Assembly (NCBI RefSeq): GCF_006345805.1
Contig: NW_021823883.1
Span: 1 to 20,864, forward strand
DNA: 20,864 nt
From: Octopus sinensis
Taxonomy: Eukaryota
Direction: 5' to 3'
In this document: positions 12,036-20,864 of the stretch, in pieces
Position numbering within the stretch: position 1 is the stretch's first letter
Layout: each line of letters begins with the position of its first letter
The notes under the pieces: model-generated
Told to the model about the DNA's origin: nothing
Databases searched by the model: none
The model's input: the letters and a program-made list of their open reading frames with translations, nothing else
Translations under genes and position numbers: made by a program

Positions 12036-12131
12036 TAATATAGGGTGAAATTAATGAATTTGGAATAATCATTAATTTCACCAAGTAGATTTCGGCATGT
12101 AAAAGCCTCATTCGAGGAGTAAGTTTAAGTA

Positions 12132-12287
12132 ATACTAAGTAATTAAGGGTTTAGCAACGATTTGCCTCACCACACACTGAATTTAGAAATAGCAGTCAAA
12201 GAGTTATAGCTATAACTCTTTGACTGCTATTTCTGAATTCGGTGTGTGGTGAGGCAAATCGTTGCTAAACCCTTAATTACTTAGTAT
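12132..12287. repeat. 156-bp spacerless palindrome (78-bp arms, 2 mismatches)
   Basis: The centre is GAGTTATAG|CTATAACTC at 12209/12210. The arms pair out to 12132/12287, with mismatches at 12178 and 12184. Confidence 0.97.
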
Positions 12288-12337
12288 ATGTATGTATGTA
12301 TATATTCATACATTTATTCACACACAAACACACACAT

Positions 12338-14638
12338 ATCATCATCATCATCGTCATTTAGCGTTCGCTTTCCATGCTAGCATGTGTTGGACGGTTCAAC
12401 TGGGGTATGTGAAACCAGAAGGCTGCATCAGGCCCAGTCTGATCTGGCAGTGTTTCTACGGCTGGATGCCCTTCCTAACGCCAACCACTCCATGAGTATA
12501 GTGGGTGCTATTTACATGCCACCCGCAAAGGTGCCAGACGGAGCTGGCAAACGTCCACGGATGGATAGGCGAGGCTGGCAACGGCCACGAAACGGATGGA
12601 GTTTTTACGTGCCACCGGAACGGGGGCCAGGCGGGGCTGGCAAGGACCACGAACGGATGGTGCTACATGCTACCGGCACGGGGTCCAGGCGAGGCTGGCA
12701 ACGGCCATGATCGGATGGTTCGCTTACTTGTCACAGGCACTGGTACCACAGCTGCAATTTCCATTGATGTTGATTGACTTCGATTTTGGTTCTGCTTTCT
12801 GATATCTGATTTGATTTGGTTTGATTTTGATTTTGATTTTCAATTGCCTCAACGGGTCTTCACAAGTGGAGTTCTGTGTCCCAAGAAGGAAAGGTATGTA
12901 TAAGTCGACTGGCTACATACCAGGTAGGGGCCACGGGTTATGGTCTCACTAGTCTTGCCGGCTCTTCTCACGCACAGCATACTTCCATAGGTCTCGGTCT
13001 CTAGTGATTTCCTTGGTGAGACCTAAAGTTTGAAGGTCGTGCCTCACCACCTCGTCCCAGGTTTTCCTGGGCCTACCTCTCCCACAGGTTCCCTCAACTG
13101 CTAGGGTGTAGCACTTTTGCACACAACTATCTTCAGCCATTCTCGTCACATGACCATTCCAGCGCAGACGTCTCTCTTGCACACCACAACTGATGCTTCT
13201 TAGGTTCAACTTTTCTCTCAAGGTACTTACACTCTGTCTATTATGAACACTGACATTACACATCCATCGGAGCATACTGGCTTCATTTCTTGCGAGCTTA
13301 CGCATATCCTGAGCAGTCACAGCCCATGTTTCACTACCATGTAGCATGGCTGTACGTACACATGCATCATACAGTCTGCCTTTTACTCTGAGCGAGAGGC
13401 CTTTTGTCACCAGCAGGGGTAAGAGCTCTCTAAACTTTGCCCAGGCTATTCTTACTCTAGCAGTTACACTTTCAGCACACCCACCCCCGCTACTGACTTG
13501 GTCACCTAGGTAGCGGAAGCTATCAACTACTTCTAGTTTTTCTCCCTGGAACGTGGTAGAAGTTGGTCTCTGCACATTTTCAGAGTTTATTGCTCCTGAG
13601 CATCTGCCACAGACAAAAACTATTTTCCTAGTTAGCCTTCCTTTGACATTGCTGCACCTCTTATGTGTCCATAGCTTACACTTGGTGCACCTTATAGAGT
13701 TTCTACCTACACCTTTCTTACAGATCGAGCAGGGCCATCTACCTGAAGGCGTTTGTGATTGGTCTACCTTCCTACTTATTAGGACTTTGGTTTTGGCTAG
13801 GTTGATTCTAAGGCCCTTCGATTCTAAACCTTGCTTCCACACCTGAAACTTCTCCTCCAGTTCTGATAGTGACTCAGCAATTAGAGCAAGGTCATCAGCA
13901 TAGAGCAGCTCCCAGAGGCATCCTGTCTTGAATTCCTCCGTTATTGCCTGGAGGACTATGATAAATTGGAGGGGACTGAGGACTGAACCTTGGTGGACCC
14001 CAACCTCTACCCGGAATTCTTCACTGTACTCGTTGCCAACCCTCACCTTACTAGCAGCGTCTCTGTACATGGCTCGCACAGCTCTCACTAAACATTCATC
14101 TATCCCTAGTTTCCTCATTGACCACAAGATAAGGGATCGGGGGACCCTGTCGAAGGCTTTCTCCATGTCAAGAAAAGCCAGGTACAGGGTCTTATCTTTG
14201 GCTAGGTATTTCTCCTGCAGCTGTCTTACCAGGAATATAGCATCAGTAGTACTTTTCCCTGGCACGAACCCAAACTGCATCTCGTCTAAGCTAACTCTCT
14301 CTCTAATTAGTTGGGCCATAACCCTCTCCGTAACCTTCATTACCTGATCCAACAACTTGATACCTCTGTAATTATTTGTATCTAGGGCGTCACCTTTACC
14401 TTTGTAGCAGTTGACTATTATGCTGCTACATCAGTCATTGGGTATGACTCCTTCGTGTATCACCTGGTTAACTATACGGGTGACTAGGCTATAGCCGACC
14501 CTGGTAGATATTTTGAGCATCTCTGCAGTATTTCCTGATGGGCCTGGGACTTTCCCTGTTTCCATGCTTGTAATTGCCTTAACTACTAAGGAACTGTCAA
14601 CTCGGATTGCTGGTCCCTTTGTTGGGTCGACATTGGGA
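12338..14638 (-). mobile_element. 5'-truncated RTE-clade LINE with 3' UTR and (GAT)n tail
   Basis: The RT ORF is followed by a ~600-bp 3' UTR containing (AAAATC)n, 3-4 copies of the 61-bp unit and a GAT-repeat tail. The 5' end abuts (TA)n and no endonuclease domain is retained. Confidence 0.93.
12949..14355 (-). CDS. RTE-type reverse transcriptase (C-terminal 468 aa) with an internal C4HC3 finger
   Basis: Motifs QFGFVPGKSTTDAIF, FLDMEKAFDRVP, GVHQGSVLSP, LLYADDL, INLAKTK, FRYLG, AMLHGSETW, RLRWNGHVTRM and GRGRPRKTW. The frame extends upstream to ~14636 (GKVPGPSG...YRGIKLL) with one in-frame TGA at 14433-14431, so this copy is probably non-functional. Confidence 0.92.
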   Translation of the reverse strand: MLDQVMKVTERVMAQLIRERVSLDEMQFGFVPGKSTTDAIFLVRQLQEKYLAKDKTLYLAFLDMEKAFDRVPRSLILWSMRKLGIDECLVRAVRAMYRDAASKVRVGNEYSEEFRVEVGVHQGSVLSPLQFIIVLQAITEEFKTGCLWELLYADDLALIAESLSELEEKFQVWKQGLESKGLRINLAKTKVLISRKVDQSQTPSGRWPCSICKKGVGRNSIRCTKCKLWTHKRCSNVKGRLTRKIVFVCGRCSGAINSENVQRPTSTTFQGEKLEVVDSFRYLGDQVSSGGGCAESVTARVRIAWAKFRELLPLLVTKGLSLRVKGRLYDACVRTAMLHGSETWAVTAQDMRKLARNEASMLRWMCNVSVHNRQSVSTLREKLNLRSISCGVQERRLRWNGHVTRMAEDSCVQKCYTLAVEGTCGRGRPRKTWDEVVRHDLQTLGLTKEITRDRDLWKYAVREKSRQD

Positions 14639-14651
14639 TATATATATATAT

Positions 14652-14868
14652 ATGTGTGTGTATGTTTGTGTGTCTGTTTGTCCCTCCAACATTGCTTGAC
14701 AACTGATGCTGGTGTGTTTATGTCACCGTAACTTAGCGGTTCGGGAAAAGAGACCGATAGAATAAGTACTAGGCTTACAAAGAATAAGTCCTGGGGTCGA
14801 TTTGCTTGACTAAAGGCGGTGCTCCAGCATGACCATAGTCAAATGACTGAAACAAGTAAAAGAGTAAA
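14652..14868 (+). mobile_element. SINE family A 3' half
   Basis: Reverse-complement homolog of 4358-4530 and 6048-6240. Confidence 0.85.
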
Positions 14869-14902
14869 GCATTGCCCTGGGGTTAATATAATCAAATTTC
14901 CC

Positions 14903-16878
14903 GGGTCTTTTCCTTTTGAATGGCACTTTGTAACATAATTTCTAGGTAACTAACAAAGTTTTAAACTTCGTATCTGGTAGGTAGAATGTGTTTATAAAAC
15001 ATCATTTTCTCTTGGCTTTATTGAGAAAATTCTATAGGTTGTAACATAATTTCTAGGTAACTAACAAGTTTTAAACTTCGTATACTGGTAGAATGTGTTT
15101 AAAAACATCATTTTCTCTTGGCTTTATTGAGAAAATTCTATAGGTTGTAACATAATTTCTAGGTAACTAACAAAGTTTTAACTTCGTATACTGGTAGAAT
15201 GTGTTTATAAAACATCATTTTCTCTTGGCTTTATTGAGAAAATTCTATAGGTTGTAACATAATTTCTAGGTAACTAACAAAGTTTTAAACTTCGTATACT
15301 GGTAGAATGTTTATAAAACATCATTTTCTCTTGGCTTTATTGAGAAAATTCTATAGGTTGTAACATAATTTCTAGGTAACTAACAAAGTTTTAAACTTCG
15401 TATACTGGTAGAATGTGTTTATAAAACATCATTTTCTCTTGGCTTTATTGAGAAAATTCTATAGGTTGTAACATAATTTCTAGGTAACTAACAAAGTTTT
15501 AAACTTCGTATACTGGTAGAATGTGTTTATAAAACATCATTTTCTCTTGGCTTTATTGAGAAAATTCTATAGGTTGTAACATAATTTCTAGGTAACTAAC
15601 AAAGTTTTAAACTTCGTATACTGGTAGAATGTGTTTATAAAACATCATTTTCTCTTGGCTTTATTGAGAAAATTCTATAGGTTGTAACATAATTTCTAGG
15701 TAACTAACAAAGTTTTAAACTTCGTATACTGGTAGAATGTGTTTATAAAACATCATTTTCTCTTGGCTTTATTGAGAAAATTCTATAGGTTGTAACATAA
15801 TTTCTAGGTAACTAACAAAGTTTTAAACTTCGTATACTGGTAGAATGTGTTTATAAAACATCATTTTCTCTTGGCTTTATTGAGAAAATTCTATAGGTTG
15901 TAACATAATTTCTAGGTAACTAACAAAGTTTTAAACTTCGTATACTGGTAGAATGTGTTTATAAAACATCATTTTCTCTTGGCTTTATTGAGAAAATTCT
16001 ATAGGTTGTAACATAATTTCTAGGTAACTAACAAAGTTTTAAACTTCGTATACTGGTAGAATGTGTTATAAAAACATCATTTTCTCTTGGCTTTATTGAG
16101 AAAATTCTATAGGTTGTAACATAATTTCTAGGTAACTAACAAAGTTTTAAACTTCGTATACTGGTAGAATGTGTTTATAAAACATCATTTTCTCTTGGCT
16201 TTATTGAGAAAATTCTATAGGTTGTAAGATATTTCGTCTAAAATTTCTTGCATTTCGGCAATTTTAACCAATCAATTACCTCCATTGACGTAAATAACAT
16301 TCTGTGCATAATGAATATGTCCCTCCTTTAAGAAACAGATTATGTTTATTTACATTTGTGAAGAAAAAAGACACCCTTCCCCCACCCCTAACCCTAAATC
16401 TAAAATAGATTGAAATGCAATAGATTGATACTAGGGTTATTATTATGGGTGACAATTTCATATGACACCGCTACGGAAAATGGGATTTTTTTCTAGCGGT
16501 GTCAAGTGAAAATGTCACTCATAAGTATGGCCCTGGTAGTGATCTATTGCATTTCAATCTATTTTAGATTTAGGGTTAGGGTTAGGGGTTGGGGAAGGGT
16601 ATCTTTTTTTCTTCACAAATGTAAATAAACCCAATCGGTTTCTTAAACGAGGGACATATTCATTATGCACAGAATGTTATTTACGTCAATGGAGGTAATT
16701 GATTGGTTAAAATTGCCGAAATGCAAGAAATTTTAGACGAAATATGTTACAACCTATAGAATTTTCTCAATAAAGCCAAGAGAAAATGATGTTTTATAAA
16801 CACATTCTACCAGTATACGAAGTTTAAAACTTTTTTAGTTACCTAGAAATTATGTTGCCGTTCAAAGGGAAAAGATCC
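14903..16878. mobile_element. Non-autonomous foldback-type DNA transposon with long TIRs and an 8-bp TSD
   Basis: The termini GGGTCTTTTCCTTTTGAATGGCA and TGCCGTTCAAAGGGAAAAGATCC are inverted. The TSD AATTTCCC is perfect at 14895-14902 and 16879-16886. Arms of ~390 bp meet at ~16481-16485. Confidence 0.93.
14930..16223 (+). repeat. Tandem array of 12 x ~108 bp inside the left arm
   Basis: Units start with GTAACATAATTTCTAGG at 14930, 15041, 15147, 15254, 15360, 15468, 15576, 15684, 15792, 15900, 16008 and 16116. Confidence 0.97.
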
Positions 16879-16904
16879 AATTTCCCAAGCGCTGAAATTT
16901 AATG

Positions 16905-17066
16905 AGATCGACCCCCAGTGCTCAACTGGTTATTATTTTATTGACCCTGAAAGGATGAAGGGCGAAGTTGACCTTAGCAGCATTCAAACTAAGAACATGA
17001 AGCCAAAAGAAATGCTGCTGGGCATTTTATCCAGCATGGTAATGATTCTAGCCCCTTGCAACCTTA
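16905..17066 (-). mobile_element. Diverged SINE family B
   Basis: ATCGACCCCCAGTG..CAACTGGT...TTTATTGACCCTGAAAGGATGAA...GTTGACC matches the other B copies. Confidence 0.75.
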
Positions 17067-17691
17067 ATAATAACAACTACAACAAGAACATCAATATTAA
17101 TGTTTCCCTGTATTTCTATGATCAACATTAATACAAAACACTACAATACAAAAAAACCCCCAGAAAACCACCACCAACAACAAAACCTTGAAGTGTACAT
17201 AAATATGGCATGAAGCATGAATGATAAATGATCTCCTGGCAATTAGAAGTAACGATACAATATAGAATAGTTTCTTATAGCCAGAGGATAATACTGTAGC
17301 AAATTTGAACTCACGACATGGGTTTGTAGTTCAACATTTCAGCCACTTAGCCACCTTGCCACCACACACACACACAAAACGAAAGAAAGAGTACCTCAAT
17401 ACATATAGTGTTTATCTATTGAGAGAAACACCTGATGATTGCCTCTGTTGCTCTTCAGGTCTCTCCCCTCCCCGTGGCCAATGTTGAGTTGACATTCTTT
17501 GAATGACTACACAGGGTAGAAAGCTAGATCGAGCAACAAGAGTGAAAATCATTAGCTGTTTTAATAAATAACTGAATGTGTGTATATATAGAGAGAGATA
17601 GAGAGATAGATACATATATATGTATATATATATAAAAGAGCAATAAAGATTCAAGTTAATTTAAAAAAATTTACTTGAATATGGTACCTAA

Positions 17692-19112
17692 CTTAGATGC
17701 ACCTACGTTGATAGGGAGAACTCACGTATTCCTAATAATGAAGTTATCAGTAATCACACAAGTAGCAAAAAAGACCAAGCCCGAAATAAAAGTAGAATTA
17801 AATTAACGGTAAACGCTAATCTAGAGTACAGGCCCAACAATTCAAATAGAAGCATTGACCAGAACATAGGTAACTCGGATAAGATTGAAGTAGATAAACC
17901 TAAGATGCACACAAATAAAAATAAAAATAATGGTAATAAATACAATAACTCCGGTGAGATGAATAGTAGTAATTCTATGAACCCTAAATTTTATAAAAAA
18001 GATATATTATGGCTGAATATTCCTTTTAACTGTGCGATACAATCGGATATACAGAACAAATTCAAAGTGATTCTGGAAAAAAATTTCCCTATCTCTCATA
18101 GATATCATAGAATTATTTCTAGGAAAACAGTTAGGATTTCTTATTCAACCCTCCCAAATATGTCCACTTTAATAGCTAAAATTAATAATAACAACATTAA
18201 ACTAGCCAGGAAAGATAGAAATAAAAATAATAATATCAGAATGAATACCAATAGCAATAACAATAATACTACCAACAATAAAAACAGCAATAGGAACTAT
18301 CAAAACATAGGTGAAATTAGTAACCACAGAATGACTAATAACATTAACATTAATAGTAATAATAACAATGCCGATATTAATAGAAGCAATATTGTCAATA
18401 ATAGAAATAATAGAAATAAGACTAATGGAGAAAATAAGGAGAATGAAAATATCAGTGATATCTATAACAATAATATACAGTTGGATAAAAAGACTAACAA
18501 TAATAATAACATTACGAATAATATAAGAAATCTTGGTAGGACTTTACACCTAAATGATGAAACAGAAGGATCAATAAATAATAACAATACTTTAGATATC
18601 AGCACCAACTATAGAAATGATAATCAAAATAATAGGAACCTTAAACATCTACCCAGGAATAATCCAAGGCCTGAAGTTGTTCCTCCTGTGTGTAAGTGTA
18701 GAATAAAATCAAAATGCCCGGCACCTGGTCTATGTAGGGAAAATAATGTAATCTATAAATGTACCATATCCACGGAGAATAACAAATATTTTTACATTGG
18801 CTGTACAATTAATTTTTAGCCAGAGTTAGAAATCACATCTCGACTTTTAAATTACGTCATAAAGCTGGTACCACCACACTTTCAAACAAAATCTGGGAAC
18901 TCAAAAATAATAATAAAAATTATACCCTTAATTGGGAAATAGTTAGGAGAGCAATTCCGTATAAAAATAGTAGGGTTGGTTGTCAACTATGCTCCATGGA
19001 GACGTACGAAATTCTAAAGCATAGTAAACATAGAAACTTATTGAATAACCATATCGAACTAGGTCAAGTTTGTGTCCACGCTAAATTGAAGACTTTAAAA
19101 TATTTTAAATGA
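17692..19112 (+). pseudogene. PLE ORF C-terminus: post-RT segment, Asn-rich linker, CxCx5C knuckle and GIY-YIG endonuclease; single frameshift at 18813-18817
   Basis: The frame is open from 17692: ILWLNIPFN...KNFP..HRYHRIISRKTVRISYSTLPNM, CKCRIKSKCP, VIYKC...YIGCT. Adding one T gives FLARVRNH..F...TTLSNKIWELK...NWEIVRRAIPY...CQLCSMETYEIL...LLN...CVH, with stop TGA at 19110-19112. Confidence 0.88.
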
Positions 19113-19854
19113 TTGGAATATTCATAACTAGATAGATAGATATAACTTGATTTCTACTAGTATAGCACTGCTTTAAGTGGATAACTAAGAGTTCTCACAT
19201 TACAGTTATCTTTATCTTTTTCCTTATATCTGCATCAGTTTTTTGAGAACAGGGAAATGAATAGTACTTATTCGCTACTTAATTGAGGCTTTATTAATTT
19301 CAAACTCACAATTTTTAAATTCTTAATTTTAAATCTTAATTGTAATATTTAATTTTAATTCCTAACTTAATCTAATTTAAATAGCATAACTCTAATAAAT
19401 TATAATTAGTTACTGTAGCCCCATAATTCTATTTCATAATTAAATAAATAAGGCTATTCCCTCGGTGATAATATGATTATCTTCATTATGATAGACAATC
19501 CCCTAACACCTTGTAAATGATCTTATAAGATTTGACCTGTAGTCAGTCAATGTATGAATAATAACGACAACTCCTTAAGACAATAAAATGAATAAATTAA
19601 ATAAGTAAATTTTTAATGACTTTTTGATAAGATTATACTTAGATTTTCCTAATGTATTTTCTGGTGATTTTAGCATCTGACCCCTTAACCCCTGACTGTG
19701 TTATCTCTTTAGATTCTCTTTAAACTCATAGCTGATTTCAACAGCAATAAATTAACGGTTTACTGGTCAAAGAATAATATTCTCCTCTAGTTCCTAGATG
19801 CCTGTTGATTAAAACCAGACTTACAGTCTACTAACTCTTCTGTATAACTAGAAC

Positions 19855-20035
19855 CCTCTTCTTTCTTTTTCTTTTTTTCCCTTCTTTCCCTATTTCTTTC
19901 TCTTTTCTCTTTTTTTCTTTTTCTTCTTCTTATTCTCTGTTTCCTTTTCTCTTCTCTTTTAGTCCCCTTTCCCCCCCCTTTTTGCTCCTCCTCCATTATT
20001 TTCTCTCTTTTCTTCTATTCCCTTCTCTATTCTTG
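19855..20035. repeat. Polypyrimidine/polypurine low-complexity tract
   Basis: Almost entirely C/T on the + strand. It explains the K/R/E-rich minus-strand ORF. Confidence 0.9.
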
Positions 20036-20552
20036 GCCGATCTAGTAAGCCCTTCAGCCTTTAAGAGTTAAATAGCTACAGCCTCTTGTGAATAGCAGTA
20101 ATGTGATTAATGTGGCAAACACCTAATCATATAACAAGGATTGATACCTACCTCATTGTGTTCAACCATTGTGAAATTTATCGCCTGTGAATATGAAATT
20201 CATCTCCATTTCTCTGGAAATTTACATCTACACCATTGGAATCTGTGCATATATGCAAAGGATTAATTCACCCTCTCTGTAATGCCAATAAGCAGGAATT
20301 GAGACCCACCTCGTTGTAATTAACAATGGATAAATTTGTCTTCTGTGAGTATATAATCCCTCATCATATCTATAGAAATTCATATGGATTAGGTCACCTT
20401 CTCTGTGATGCTATCAAAACTTTTTTAAAATTCTGTGATAAGACTGTACATCATCTTTAAAGAACTTTAATGAACTTTAGAAATCTGTTTAATTATCTAC
20501 ATTACTTCATGAGTATAGCCTCAAACACTAGGATGTCTAGAGAACTTACATG

Positions 20553-20646
20553 TATTTTAGCTGATGAGTACGGGACTCGTTTATATGCTGTAATCTTTGC
20601 AACTTTTAATAAAACCTGTCCTTGTATGAAACGATCGTACTAATAA
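20553..20646 (+). ncRNA. Type I hammerhead ribozyme (minimal stem III, long stem II)
   Basis: Core CTGATGA at 20561-20567, stem II GTACGGGAC/GTCCTTGTAT, GAAA at 20628-20631, stem III AC-GATC-GT, cleavage triplet GTA at 20637-20639, and stem I TTAG/CTAA. Confidence 0.85.
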
Positions 20647-20673
20647 CCTATCCATTCTTGTTGCTTCTTTCTC

Positions 20674-20676
<3 letters not shown>

Positions 20677-20722
<46 letters not shown>

Positions 20723-20826
20723 TAAACATATATATACACACACACATACATATATATACACAGATATATATATACATACATATATATATATACACTCACA
20801 CATATACATACATTTATATATATATA
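20677..20826. repeat. (TA)n/(CA)n compound microsatellite
   Basis: Read directly from the sequence. Confidence 0.95.
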
Positions 20827-20864
20827 GCGCCCAGATGTACCGTCTAATATACATGCACACACAA

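Larger units (their letters stand above)
17632..20676 (+). mobile_element. 5'-truncated Penelope-like retroelement (probably Naiad clade) between (TA)n tracts
   Basis: It comprises a GIY-YIG-containing ORF, a long 3' region and a terminal hammerhead ribozyme. Both ends abut (TA)n. Continuity of the 3' region with the ORF is inferred. Confidence 0.8.

Noticed and set aside
11027-12048. 199-aa and 276-aa ORFs
   Set aside because: They are read-through of the GC-rich VNTR and (TA)n, antisense to the RTE 3' UTR, with no domain.
13553-14347. Plus-strand ORFs of 97 and 139 aa
   Set aside because: They are antisense shadows of the RTE RT ORF.
14930-16223. CRISPR array
   Set aside because: The units are full-length near-identical tandem repeats with no unique spacers and no cas genes, in a eukaryotic context.
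19787-19996. Basic K/R/E-rich minus-strand ORF
   Set aside because: It is the translation of a polypurine tract.
20110-20460. Frame with two close in-frame TGA codons (20188, 20194), as a selenoprotein ORF of the kind reported for some Naiads
   Set aside because: It also contains TAA at 20317, has no recognisable domain, and I saw no SECIS. The endonuclease cysteines are ordinary TGT/TGC codons.

Overview
This window is repeat-dense, AT-rich eukaryotic DNA with no recognisable host gene. The SINE families, the RTE LINE and the long (TA)n/(CA)n tracts look like an octopus/cephalopod genome; this is inferred from repeat style, not verified. From start to end it contains: (1) a decayed L1/Tx1-clade LINE (1-~2625) split by a SINE; (2) a ~615-bp (CAC)n tract; (3) repeated copies of a CTGCTA-GAAA-TAGCAG hairpin module and an ~0.85-kb local duplication; (4) many nested tRNA-derived SINEs and small DNA-transposon remnants; (5) two copies of an RTE LINE 3' end carrying a structured ~61-bp VNTR, one attached to a nearly intact RT ORF with a C4HC3 (PHD-like) finger inside the RT; (6) a 156-bp spacerless palindrome; (7) a ~2-kb foldback DNA transposon with an 8-bp TSD, whose left arm holds a 12 x 108-bp tandem array; and (8) a 5'-truncated Penelope-like (Naiad-type) retroelement with a GIY-YIG endonuclease, long Asn-rich inserts and a type I hammerhead ribozyme near its 3' end. 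The best leads are the ribozyme/Penelope system, the satellite forming inside the foldback element, and the PHD-bearing RTE.
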